Assembly: GCA_022828225.1 (NCBI GenBank)
Contig: JAJEJG010000002.1
Location: forward strand, 20,268 to 84,267
Direction: 5' to 3'
Length of the DNA stretch: 64,000 bases
From: Nitrospirales bacterium
Lineage (GTDB): Bacteria > Nitrospirota > Nitrospiria > Nitrospirales > UBA8639
The position numbers and the translations under genes were made by a program. The notes beneath the pieces are model-generated. The model was not told the DNA's origin and did not search any database. It saw nothing but the letters and a program-made list of their open reading frames with translations. Below, piece after piece: positions 45,634 to 55,249 of this stretch. Each line of letters starts with the position of its first letter. Position 1 is the first letter of the stretch.

Positions 45634-47454
45634 TCAGCCCCGGGAGCCCAATGCTCGATCGAGGTTGAACGCGGCGCTGATCAACGCCAGGTGGGTAAAC
45701 GCCTGGGGGAAGTTGCCGAGACCTTCGCCGTGGTGTCCCGTTTCTTCGGCGTAGAGTCCGACGTGATTGGCATAGCCGAGGATTTGCTCGAACATCAGCC
45801 GGGCTTCATCGATCCGGCCCGCGCGGGTGAGCGCTTCGACCAACCAGAACGTACAGATGTTGAAAGTACCTTCTTCGCCTTGCAGGCCATCCTCCGTTTC
45901 GTTGACGTTGTACCGGTGCACCAGGGCATTGGCGACCAGGCCCCCTTTCTCGGTGGATTGGTTGATCGCTTCCAGGGTTTTGAGCATCCGGGGATCGGTC
46001 GGCGACACAAAAAAGACCAGGGGCATCATGAGGTTGGCCGCGTCCAAGGCGTCGCTGCCGTACCGCTGGACGAAGGCTTGTCTGGTCTCGCTCCATCCTT
46101 TTTTCATGATTTCTTCATAAATGGTGTCGCGGACTTTCAGCCACCGGTCACGATCCGCGGGAAACGATCGCCGGTCGGCAAGGCGCAGGCCCCGGTCGAC
46201 GGCGACCCAGCACATGAGTTTCGAATACAGGAAATGTTGTTGGCTGCCCCGGACTTCCCAAATCCCTTCATCAGTCCGCGTCCAGTTGTCGCACACCCAG
46301 TTCACCAACCGGCGCAAATGGCTCCAGAGGTCGTAAGAAATCGGGCTGCCGTATTTGTTGTAGAGATACACCGAATCCATTAATTCGCCGTAAATGTCCA
46401 ATTGCAGTTGATCGTAGGCCCCGTTTCCGACGCGAACGGGACGCGAGCCCTTATACCCGTCGAGGTGAGACAGGGTTTCTTCATGCAATCGATGCCGGCC
46501 GTCGATGCCATACATGATTTGCAACGACCCGTCCGGATTCAGTTCGTGGCATCGTGTTTCCAGCCAGTGCATGAATTGTTCCGCTTCTTCCGTGAACCCG
46601 ATGCGCAGGAGGGCATAGATGGTAAAGGCTGCATCGCGGATCCACGTATACCGATAGTCCCAGTTGCGTTCTCCCCCGATGCCTTCCGGAAGGCTGCACG
46701 TCGGAGAGGCGACGATCGCTCCCGTCGGCTCAAACGTCAGCAGTTTAAGAGTCAGGGCCGAGCGTTGCACCATTTCGCGCCATCGACCTCGATAGGTACA
46801 GTGGGAAAGCCATTGTCGCCAATAGGTGACGGTCTGGCGGAAGAGTCTATCGGCCTGGTCTTCGGAGATGGCCTTGCCGCAGGCATCGATTCGCTCCACT
46901 GCTTGAAGGGAGAACGTCAATTCGTGACCTTCCTGGATCTCAAATTCGGCGACCACGCCGTCGCCTTCCCGTTTCAAGGGAATGGTCGATCCCAACCACA
47001 AACCGAGCCCCGGGGCTTCGAAATAGGCGCCGTCGGCGGTGAGGGCGGTCGTGTGGGAGTCTCGAGCGTAATTGAACGCGGGGAGACACTCCAAGCGAAA
47101 CGTCATGTTCCCGCGAATCGCCTGGACGCGGCGAATGATGCCGTGATAGCCGGCCTCGGTGGCCTTGAGATCGACCGGCATGAAGTCGACCACTTGGCCC
47201 ACGCCCTGCTCGGAGAGAAACCTGGTGACGAGCACGTTGGTGTCCGGCCAATAGAATTGTTTTTGCGTGGCGTCATTTCCTTTTGATGCAATTTTCCACC
47301 ACCCGCCTTTGCGGTCATCCAGGATGGCACCGAACACGCTTGGAGAATCGAAGTGAGGAAAGCAGAACCAGTCGATGGAGCCGTTCACACCGACCAGGGC
47401 GCTGGTTCGCATGTTGCCGATCAGGCCGTACTCTTCAATTGGCAGATAGGGCAT
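45634..47454 (-). CDS. Glycoside hydrolase family 15 (glucoamylase/trehalase-like)
   Basis: 606 aa. [38 protein letters not shown]-terminus typical of bacterial GH15. (alpha/alpha)6 catalytic region. Confidence 0.85.
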   Translation of the reverse strand: MPYLPIEEYGLIGNMRTSALVGVNGSIDWFCFPHFDSPSVFGAILDDRKGGWWKIASKGNDATQKQFYWPDTNVLVTRFLSEQGVGQVVDFMPVDLKATEAGYHGIIRRVQAIRGNMTFRLECLPAFNYARDSHTTALTADGAYFEAPGLGLWLGSTIPLKREGDGVVAEFEIQEGHELTFSLQAVERIDACGKAISEDQADRLFRQTVTYWRQWLSHCTYRGRWREMVQRSALTLKLLTFEPTGAIVASPTCSLPEGIGGERNWDYRYTWIRDAAFTIYALLRIGFTEEAEQFMHWLETRCHELNPDGSLQIMYGIDGRHRLHEETLSHLDGYKGSRPVRVGNGAYDQLQLDIYGELMDSVYLYNKYGSPISYDLWSHLRRLVNWVCDNWTRTDEGIWEVRGSQQHFLYSKLMCWVAVDRGLRLADRRSFPADRDRWLKVRDTIYEEIMKKGWSETRQAFVQRYGSDALDAANLMMPLVFFVSPTDPRMLKTLEAINQSTEKGGLVANALVHRYNVNETEDGLQGEEGTFNICTFWLVEALTRAGRIDEARLMFEQILGYANHVGLYAEETGHHGEGLGNFPQAFTHLALISAAFNLDRALGSRG

Positions 47455-47506
47455 ACGTCACTTATATGCGTTAACTCATTCGTTGGCCTCTTCTTCTGTG
47501 TCCCAA

Positions 47507-47625
47507 TTCCCCTCCTTTGTAAGGAGGGGATAGGGGAGGTAGAGACCATCCTGAGGACGGCGAACCCCCGTGCTTTTTGGGTGGTTGACTCTACCCCACC
47601 CGACCTCCCCTTCCAAAGGGGAGGA
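47507..47625. repeat. Family-B inverted pair (B11)
   Basis: Units at 47507-47544 and 47589-47625. Confidence 0.85.
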
Positions 47626-48468
47626 AAAAGACAGGTGTATCCTCGCTTTTGAAAGTCGGTTTACCCAAGACGCGAACGGGCAGTCAAGCAAAAAATCATA
47701 GGCTGTTCATTGTAAGTGCAGAGTGGCATCCAGGGTCAAGTCCGGAGATACGGTCCTGACATTGCCTCCCTGCGATCGTCCGGACCGTCTTCCTCGCCGG
47801 TCGCCCCATACACCAATGTCTTGGAAAGCCGCAAATCGCCTGTCTTGCCCGGCGAATACCTTTCCTCCCAGTTCCTGATCAACCGCACTTTCTCACTCCG
47901 TCGCCGACAGCGGATACCCGTGGCTGGTGGTGCGTCCCCGGCGTCGTCGCCTGGCTTCGCATCGGTAGCCCGAGAAAACCACACAAAACACATGCAATAC
48001 ATCAAAAACACACACTTACCTCATGGACTATCGTGTCGTTTTCGGCCTATTTTGCGCGAGGCTGCTCGATGATGACGCGTGGGTGGGTTCTGGTAGTGGT
48101 GCGAGGCCGATGCAGCGGATTCAAATACGGGTAGGCCCGGCCTATTGGAGTCGGGACCGCTCATTCATCTTTGGGCCACCGACGGTGACATTCAGCGACG
48201 TGGACGTGAAGAACACCACCCTGAGGGACTGACAGTAGCGTTGTAAGCCTGACACCGCATGGACTCGGCCAGTCCTGCGGACCTCGCCATCGGGAGCTTC
48301 TCCTCTCGACAGGAGCCTTCGAGACGCGGGTGGCGCCGTCCGTGTCTCGAAGGTGGTGGGGTCAGGCCCGCCACGGTGGAGCACACAGGTTCCGGAGGCC
48401 CTGGCTTCGTCGGCGCGATAAGTCCCGGCCTGTCCGGGACGCCACAACCATGTATCAGGAGGTGTCCT

Positions 48469-49599
48469 ATGTTCTCATTCATTCGTCTCAGTGTCCTGTG
48501 GTGTTGCGTCATGGTCCTGCTTGCCGCATGTGGCGGCGGGGGCGGCGGTGGGAGCATGGCGATGCGGCCAAGCGAACCTTCGTCCCCGCCTCCCGCTGCC
48601 GACCCGCAAACGGCCTTCGGCGAGGCCGGGACGCCGCCAGAATTTTCCTCCGCACCGTCCCGTCGGCCCATACGCGGCACCTTGCAGCAGAGCCCCCCGG
48701 CCTTTGGCAGCGTGGCGATGAACTTGTATTCTCCGAACCTCGCGCCTGTCCGGAGCGTCGACACCACGTTTACGGGCGACCGCTTTACGTTATCGGTCAG
48801 GAGACAGAACGGCAGCAGCTTCACGCTGGACACCGACCGCCATTACGCCGAAGTGGTGTCCGATTCCACCACCACGGCCAATCAGGTCACGGAACGGCCG
48901 TTTGCGGCGGGCTACATCGTCGATGTCAGCAGCACCCGGGTGACGCTGGCCGGAGCGTCGGTGGAATGGTCCAACGCCGATGTGACGGATTATCTCGCGG
49001 GGGGCTACTGGATGACCTTCGATGCGGAAGCCGCATCGGTCGATATGGGCGCGTTTATTGATGGGACGGACTATCCAACGCCCCGCGACGCCGCGTATAC
49101 GTTGCCCGTCACCGGCACCGCCACGTACAACGGCCGGGCCGGGGGCCTCTATGTGGCAAGCGCCGGCACGGATTCGCCAGTGCCCGGAGCCTTGGGAATC
49201 GGCGAATATGAAGGCCGGGCGACCCTGACGGCTGATTTTGGGACCATGCGGATCGGCGGGAGAGTCGATCAAGTGCAAGCCGGGGGCGGGTTGACTGAAT
49301 TGCCAGACGGGACGCAGTACGTCACCGAGGTGTCGGCCACGGACATTGAAATGATTTTCCGGCCGGTGCCGATCAATTCAAACGGCACGTTTTTCGGGGA
49401 CAATGTGGGCTTTACGAGTCGGACCTACAATATCACCAACTCGTCGGGCTCCTGGGCAGGCCAATTCTCCACGGTCGAGGATGCGCGAGGGAATCCCCGC
49501 GCCGCGGCAGGAACCAATACCGGCTACCTGGAGACGGCGGGCGGGAGTCGAGCAGTTTTTACCGGGGCCTTTTACGGAGCCACCGGGCGGTTTGAGTAA
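48469..49599 (+). CDS. Surface-lipoprotein-like protein with TbpB-type beta-barrel/handle C-terminus
   Basis: AGGAGG RBS. Lipobox LLAAC followed by GGGGGGG and a Pro-rich linker. ATYNGRAGG...GRATLTADFGTMRIGGRVD...NGTFFGD...GSWAGQFS...FTGAFYGA resembles TbpB/fHbp-like barrels. Confidence 0.55.
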   Translation: MFSFIRLSVLWCCVMVLLAACGGGGGGGSMAMRPSEPSSPPPAADPQTAFGEAGTPPEFSSAPSRRPIRGTLQQSPPAFGSVAMNLYSPNLAPVRSVDTTFTGDRFTLSVRRQNGSSFTLDTDRHYAEVVSDSTTTANQVTERPFAAGYIVDVSSTRVTLAGASVEWSNADVTDYLAGGYWMTFDAEAASVDMGAFIDGTDYPTPRDAAYTLPVTGTATYNGRAGGLYVASAGTDSPVPGALGIGEYEGRATLTADFGTMRIGGRVDQVQAGGGLTELPDGTQYVTEVSATDIEMIFRPVPINSNGTFFGDNVGFTSRTYNITNSSGSWAGQFSTVEDARGNPRAAAGTNTGYLETAGGSRAVFTGAFYGATGRFE

Positions 49600-49610
49600 G
49601 GGATCTCTCA

Positions 49611-49642
49611 AGCGGGAGCCAAGGCGGACCTTGGCTCCCGCT
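49611..49642 (+). terminator. 14-bp perfect hairpin after the lipoprotein gene
   Basis: AGCGGGAGCCAAGG-cgga-CCTTGGCTCCCGCT, starting 12 nt after the stop. No U-tract. Confidence 0.5.
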
Positions 49643-49952
49643 CCCCGTGGTCGAAGACCGTTTACGCGGGAATGATCCAACCAACTTGACCACGAGAGGC
49701 AATACTCCTGGTCGAGTGTTTGCCATCCATATTCTTTCAGAGCCAGTCAGACTAGCGGGGTATCGCCATGTGCGCCGTCCCGGGGTGTGATTCCCTTCAG
49801 GGACAGCCGGTGGACACGGGCGGGATTTTGTGCCGGAGCATCAAGTTAAATGGATACGTCCCTCTCTTCTTCTCTTGACGGCGTCTTCCAACCGGTGCCC
49901 GTTTCCTTTACACTGTTTCTCATGCTTAACAAATCTTCCGGAGAACTAAAAG

Positions 49953-51248
49953 ATGGCTGACAAAAACGGGAAGTCAACGCCGGGTGAACAGGAGTCGAAA
50001 TTTCCGTCGCCCAACGCTTCTGTGAGTACGCGACCGAAAGAGCCACCGACGCGCAGGGCGTTCTTGACCGGTGCCACGTCATTATTCGGCGCGGCCGCGG
50101 CGCACGTGCTGCTGGCGCCTTTTCTGGGCCATGCGACGAACGCTTCCGGCGATCCCACCCGGGTGCCCGGGGCCTTGGCAACGGAATATGGGCGACGCTC
50201 ATCATTCGAACGCGCCAAGCGGTTGACCAAACCACAGCGGTCGAGAACGCCCTTACAGGACTTGCATGGCATCGTGACGCCATCGGCCCTGCATTTTGAA
50301 CGTCACCATAACGGCGTGCCGCTCATCGATCCTGCGAAGCACCGGCTTTTGGTCCACGGCTTGGTGGACCGGCCGTTGCTCTTTACCATCGCCGAATTGA
50401 AACGCTTTCCCGCGACCTCACGTCTTGTCTTTGTCGAATGTTCGGGTAACAGCGGTAAGGAATGGAAGGGGGCGAAGGGCAAGACCGTGCAGGAGATCCA
50501 TGGCCTGACGAGCACCAGTGAGTGGACGGGCGTTCGGCTGTCCACGGTCCTGGCGGAAGCGGGTCTGGCCCCCGGGGCCACGTGGATGTTGGCCGAAGGC
50601 AGCGATGCCGCGGCCCTGACGCGGAGTCTCCCGTTGGATCGGGTCCTGGATGAAGCCCTGTTATGTTACGCCCAGAACGGGGAACCGCTCCGTCCGGAGC
50701 AAGGCTATCCCCTGCGCTTGTTGGTGCCGGGCTTTGAGGCCAACACCTGTATCAAGTGGTTGCGACGGCTGAAACTGGTTTCCGCACCGGTGATGACTCG
50801 TGAAGAAACGTCGAAATACACCGATCTGATGCCGGATGGGACCGCGCGTCAATTCACCTTCGACATGGAAGCGAAATCCGTGATCACGGTGCCTTCCGGC
50901 GGGCAGCGATTGAAAAAGACGGGGTACGTTGAAATCCGGGGTTTGGCGTGGAGCGGGCATGGCCGGGTCGAGAAAGTGGAAGTGAGCGTTGATGGGGGAA
51001 AGAACTGGCGAACCGCGAGGTTGCAGGCGCCAGTTTTGCCGAAATGTCATACCAGGTTTTGTCTCGATTGGTGGTGGGACGGGGGGGGAGCCGTTCTTCA
51101 AAGCCGCTGTATCGATGAGACCGGGTACCGGCAACCGGCGCGTCAGGAGTTGGTGGATGTCCGGGGGACCAATTCCTACTATCATTACAATGCCATCCAG
51201 AGTTGGCAAATCGACGAAGAGGGGAACGTGCGGAATGTGCAGGTGTGA
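49953..51248 (+). CDS. Molybdopterin sulfite dehydrogenase (SorA/SoxC family), Tat-exported
   Basis: Twin-arginine TRRAFLTGATSLFGAAAA. Sulfite-oxidase Moco-binding and dimerisation domains (FVECSGNS...). Confidence 0.8.
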   Translation: MADKNGKSTPGEQESKFPSPNASVSTRPKEPPTRRAFLTGATSLFGAAAAHVLLAPFLGHATNASGDPTRVPGALATEYGRRSSFERAKRLTKPQRSRTPLQDLHGIVTPSALHFERHHNGVPLIDPAKHRLLVHGLVDRPLLFTIAELKRFPATSRLVFVECSGNSGKEWKGAKGKTVQEIHGLTSTSEWTGVRLSTVLAEAGLAPGATWMLAEGSDAAALTRSLPLDRVLDEALLCYAQNGEPLRPEQGYPLRLLVPGFEANTCIKWLRRLKLVSAPVMTREETSKYTDLMPDGTARQFTFDMEAKSVITVPSGGQRLKKTGYVEIRGLAWSGHGRVEKVEVSVDGGKNWRTARLQAPVLPKCHTRFCLDWWWDGGGAVLQSRCIDETGYRQPARQELVDVRGTNSYYHYNAIQSWQIDEEGNVRNVQV

Positions 51249-51290
51249 GGGCCACGGATGACTGAGGATAGGAGTACGGCCCGGGTTGGA

Positions 51291-51387
51291 CTCTACCCCT
51301 CCTGCCCTCCCCTTACAAAGGGGAGGAAAAGACTGTCATTTCCCACTTGTTCCCCTCCTTTGTAAGGAGGAGATGGGGGAGGTAGAG
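51291..51387. repeat. Family-B inverted pair (B12)
   Basis: Units at 51291-51326 and 51350-51387. Confidence 0.85.
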
Positions 51388-51421
51388 AGGGTGACTCTAT
51401 GAAGAACGGGTCGGGAAGCTG

Positions 51422-53374
51422 ATGATGTGTCAACGGCAATCAGGGTATTTACTTCTGCTGTTCGTCTTGCTGGTGGCTGGTTCGGCTGACGTGTGGGGAG
51501 CATCGAAGAATGATCTCTTTCACCTCGGGCGCGTGGCAACCCCGGAGGAGATTCAAGCCTGGGATATTGACGTCGGCCCTGACGGCCAAGGGTTGCCGTC
51601 CGGCCGGGGGACAGTAGAGGAAGGTGCGCGCGTCTATGCCGGGCACTGTGCGGGTTGTCACGGCGCGACCGGCGTGGAAGGTCCCATGCCGAAACTGGTC
51701 GGCGGACAGGGGACGCTGGCGAGTGCGCGCCCCGTGAAAACGGTCGGCAGTTATTGGCCGTATGCCACGACCCTGTTCGATTACATTTATCGGGCGATGC
51801 CCTTTGTGGCCCCGCAGTCCCTGACGCCGGATCAGGTCTATGCGGTGACGGCGTGGATTTTGTTTCAAAACGGGCTACTGGACAAAGCCGTCGTCCTCGA
51901 CAGAGAGACGCTGCCCAAGGTGCGGATGTCGCATCGGACCGGCTTTGTCCCGGACCCTCGTCCGGACGTGAACAGATCGGGTTCCGGTACAGCACACGCA
52001 TCCTCACTTGGCGAGATTGAATTTCCCAATTCGGGTTCTCCTGAAGCCCAACAGCCGTTTCTTCGGGGAGTGTTGCTGTTACACAATTTCGAGTATGACG
52101 ACGCCCAAGCGGCTTTCCGGCAGGCGCAGGAACTCGACCCTGGTTTTGCCATGGCCTACTGGGGAGAAGCCATGACGATGACTCATCCCCTATGGGGCCA
52201 GCAGGACGTTCAGCAGGCCTTGGAGGTGTTGCAGCGACTGGCTCCCACGCCAGGTCAGCGAGTGGCCGCGGCGCCCACCGAACGTGAACAAGGTTATCTG
52301 CGCGCGGTTGAGGCGTTGTACGGGGACGGAGATAAACCGCAACGTGACCGGGCCTATATGGCTGCCATGCAGGCCCTTGCCCGGCAATTTCCCGAGGATG
52401 ATAACGCCCAAACTTTGTATGCACTCTCCATTTTGGGGTCCGCGCAAGGCAAACGGGTCGAGAAGCTCTATCTGAAGGCTGCTTCCATTGCACGAACCGT
52501 GTTCAAAAGAAGTCCGCGTCATCCCGGTGCCGTCCATTATTTGATTCACGCACTGGACGATCCGGCACATGCTCAAGGGGCCCTGGAAGCAGCGCGCGTC
52601 TATGCCGACCTTGCCCCTGCAGCCCCACATGCCCGGCACATGCCTTCACACATTTTTATGGCCGTCGGTCTCTGGGATGACGTCGTCCAAGCCAATGAGC
52701 GGAGTTGGGCGGCCAGTGAGGAACGGCGATTGCACAAAGGGTTGGGCGTGGCGGAACGTTCCTGGCACGTGGCCCATTGGCTGATGTATGCCTTGCTCCA
52801 GCAAGGGCGGGTAAAAGAAGCCAGGCCTTTTCTCCGCATGGTTGAAGAGGATGCCGAAAGGGTCAACTCCCGGGTCGTGGAGCGATACCGGGCGGCCATG
52901 CGTGCGACGTATATCATTGAGACCGAGGAATGGGACGTGACCGGGTTCGATCGTGATCGATCAACCGTGCGGGCCTCGGCAGCGATGAGTGAGTTGTTCG
53001 CCATCGGGCTGAGTGCCTTCAAGACCGGACGGGGAGACGTGGCCGATCGGGTGTTGGAGCAGTTCCGTCAGGTGGATCAGGTGAAGAACGCGACGCAAAG
53101 GCGGCCGGTAAAGGTCATGAAGAACCAACTGGCCGCTCTCAAGTTGTTTGTGGAGGAACGCGTTGACGAGGGGGTCACGCTGTTACGGGAAACGGCTGCC
53201 ATGGAAGATGCCATACCGTTTAGCGCCGGTCCGGTCTTTCCGGTCAAACCGACGCATGAGCTACTTGGTGAAGTGCTCTTGAGCCTGGGAGACCTCGACG
53301 AGGCTCGGCGTGAGTTTGCCTTGGCTTTGAAGCGTGCGCCCAACCGGGCGTTGTCGCTCGTGGGGTTGCAGTAG
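51422..53374 (+). CDS. SoxD/SorB-like c-type cytochrome fused to a ~450-aa His-rich helical (TPR-like) domain
   Basis: Signal peptide. WDIDVGPDGQGLP...CAGCHG heme motif...GSYWPYATTLFDYIYRAMP. Then a helical domain with HPGAVHYLIHALDD and HARHMPSHIFMAVGLWDD. Confidence 0.7.
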   Translation: MMCQRQSGYLLLLFVLLVAGSADVWGASKNDLFHLGRVATPEEIQAWDIDVGPDGQGLPSGRGTVEEGARVYAGHCAGCHGATGVEGPMPKLVGGQGTLASARPVKTVGSYWPYATTLFDYIYRAMPFVAPQSLTPDQVYAVTAWILFQNGLLDKAVVLDRETLPKVRMSHRTGFVPDPRPDVNRSGSGTAHASSLGEIEFPNSGSPEAQQPFLRGVLLLHNFEYDDAQAAFRQAQELDPGFAMAYWGEAMTMTHPLWGQQDVQQALEVLQRLAPTPGQRVAAAPTEREQGYLRAVEALYGDGDKPQRDRAYMAAMQALARQFPEDDNAQTLYALSILGSAQGKRVEKLYLKAASIARTVFKRSPRHPGAVHYLIHALDDPAHAQGALEAARVYADLAPAAPHARHMPSHIFMAVGLWDDVVQANERSWAASEERRLHKGLGVAERSWHVAHWLMYALLQQGRVKEARPFLRMVEEDAERVNSRVVERYRAAMRATYIIETEEWDVTGFDRDRSTVRASAAMSELFAIGLSAFKTGRGDVADRVLEQFRQVDQVKNATQRRPVKVMKNQLAALKLFVEERVDEGVTLLRETAAMEDAIPFSAGPVFPVKPTHELLGEVLLSLGDLDEARREFALALKRAPNRALSLVGLQ

Positions 53375-53403
53375 ACGAAGGCTCGCCGAACGGTTACGAA
53401 AAA

Positions 53404-53423
53404 CGGGGGCAGGTGCCCCTTTG
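53404..53423. terminator. Short GC hairpin between convergent genes, possibly a bidirectional terminator
   Basis: GGGGC-aggt-GCCCC is flanked by AAAAAC on one side and TTT on the other. Confidence 0.35.
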
Positions 53424-53440
53424 GCTTCGCTGCGCTAGGC

Positions 53441-53866
53441 TCAGGGCAGGCTCTTGGAAGAAACCGAGGGTTTGTGTGTCGTCAGGAATCGCTTCTTGAC
53501 GCTGCCCCACGTGGGGAGATTGCTGGTCGTCAGATACGCGCGGGTTCTACGCAACAAGTGCACGCACGCCAGCAGGAATTCTCGAATGATGCGAACCATG
53601 TATGCGTAAAGGGACAGCGCCGCTTGGCCCCCATGAGAGATGTGCGCGTGGAGGCGCTGTCGGATGGGTACTTGCCAGCCCACGTAAATGGATTGCCCCC
53701 CTTTCTTCGTGAACCACTCGATAGCGCAATACACGACCAGGGCTGCCATGAGTCCGGCCAGGATCGGGGAAGTCACCATGGCGTCATCCAAATAGCCCAT
53801 GACGCTGAAAAATCCGAAACACACGCACCACAAAAAAACGATCACGAATCGAAGAACATTTTCCAT
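53441..53866 (-). CDS. Hypothetical membrane protein
   Basis: 141 aa. Two N-terminal hydrophobic segments. No family recognised. Confidence 0.4.
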   Translation of the reverse strand: MENVLRFVIVFLWCVCFGFFSVMGYLDDAMVTSPILAGLMAALVVYCAIEWFTKKGGQSIYVGWQVPIRQRLHAHISHGGQAALSLYAYMVRIIREFLLACVHLLRRTRAYLTTSNLPTWGSVKKRFLTTHKPSVSSKSLP

Positions 53867-53948
53867 TAAGTTTCCCTTTTCCTCATTGTGCGGCTTTTGC
53901 GGCCCTCATGCAAGGGGGGCCTCAGAGGGCAAAGGGATGGACTAGGCT

Positions 53949-55145
53949 TCAGGAGTCTTTCTCGATATCGGCGATTCGGGCTTCGAATTCCTGAGCGTCT
54001 TGTGCGCGGTTGGTCTTTTTCAGGAGCGCGACGTAGTTCTTGAGCATGCGGGCGACAACCGGGTGTTCCTTGCCCAAGGTTTTTTCGTTGATCGCCAGTG
54101 CCCGGGTGAAGAGTGGCTCGGCTTGCGCGTATTTCTCCTGCAAGAAGTAGAGCAGCGCCAAATTATTGGCGACGTTGGCGACCTTTTCATGCTCCGGGCC
54201 GAACTTCTTTTCGTTAATTTCCAATGCGCTGCTCAGCAGGGGTTCGGCTTGATCGAATTGCCCTTGCAAGCGATAGAAGTCGGCAAGTTTGGTCAGGCTG
54301 GCCACCAATCGCGGGTTTTCCGGCCCGAACGATAGTTCCGTAATAGTGAGCGCCCGTTGCAGTAATTCTTCGGCTTTGCCGGGGGCGCCTTGAGCCACGA
54401 GCATGGACGCGAGGTTATTGAGGCTGCCAAGCAGCCCCGGACTCTCGGCGCCGTATTGTTTCGTATTAATGGCGAGTGCGCGTTCCAGCAACGGGATAGC
54501 TTTGTCATAGTCCTGTTGGGCTCGATACAGGAGCGCGAGATTGTTGAGGCGCTCCACCAGTTGGGGGGCGTCCGGGCCCGTGGCGTTTTCGGTAATCTCC
54601 AGGGCCCGGAGCAAGTGCGTCTCCGCTTGAGCATAGTGTTCTTGAGCAGCCAGCACGCCGGCCAGATTTTTGAGATCCAGGGTCAGATCGATATGGTCCG
54701 CCCCAAGTGCTTCTTCACGAACGTGCAAGGCCCGTTCAAAGAGGGGGCGGGCTTTCTCCAAGTGTCGTTGCGCAAAATACACCGCCGCGAGGTTGCTCAG
54801 GCTGGCGGCGAACTGAGGATCGCGATCTCCAAGAATCGTTTCATTCAGACTGACGGCTCGATTCAACAGCGGTTCGGCCTGCTCATATTCACCCTGCGCG
54901 TCATGGACGGCGGCCAGTTTCGTCAGCGTTCGGGGAAGCCGGGAATCCTGTTCCCCGAACGTTTCCGCTTCCTTGAGCGCGGCGGCGTACTGTTCCTTGG
55001 CCTCTTTGAAGCGTCCTTGTTGGAAGAGAAGATCACCGCGGTCTACGTGCCTGTCCCAAGGAGATTGCGTATCTCCACATCCTGTCAGGCCGATTGCTCC
55101 AACCAGGCAAGCGGCCGTCAGTCCTCTCCACCAACGATTCAGCAT
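53949..55145 (-). CDS. TPR-repeat lipoprotein (TPR_10/12-type repeats)
   Basis: Lipobox GLTGC. About 8 tandem 42-aa repeats of the form LxxLAxxYxxQGxYxxAEPLxxRALxIxE. Confidence 0.8.
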   Translation of the reverse strand: MLNRWWRGLTAACLVGAIGLTGCGDTQSPWDRHVDRGDLLFQQGRFKEAKEQYAAALKEAETFGEQDSRLPRTLTKLAAVHDAQGEYEQAEPLLNRAVSLNETILGDRDPQFAASLSNLAAVYFAQRHLEKARPLFERALHVREEALGADHIDLTLDLKNLAGVLAAQEHYAQAETHLLRALEITENATGPDAPQLVERLNNLALLYRAQQDYDKAIPLLERALAINTKQYGAESPGLLGSLNNLASMLVAQGAPGKAEELLQRALTITELSFGPENPRLVASLTKLADFYRLQGQFDQAEPLLSSALEINEKKFGPEHEKVANVANNLALLYFLQEKYAQAEPLFTRALAINEKTLGKEHPVVARMLKNYVALLKKTNRAQDAQEFEARIADIEKDS

Positions 55146-55249
55146 GTCGTCACCTTTTTCCGTATTTTCAAAAGTCTCTGATCCAGGCTTGCCGCCTGCA
55201 CACCGGGAAGTGAATCCTGTCTTTTCCTACCAGCCCCGACTCCCACTCC

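Noticed and set aside
48330-48468. Cobalamin-riboswitch-like core (GGTGGGGTCAGGCCCGCCACGGTGGAGC) upstream of the lipoprotein gene.
   Set aside because: Only the CCCGCCAC-GGT segment resembles the consensus. The GGGAA...AAUCC hairpin and a proper B12 box are missing. This is kept only as part of the long-leader finding.
5711-51387. Whether the interspersed family-A and family-B repeats could be a CRISPR array.
   Set aside because: The copies are dispersed over the whole window, occur singly or as inverted pairs, and lack regularly spaced unique spacers. No cas genes are present.
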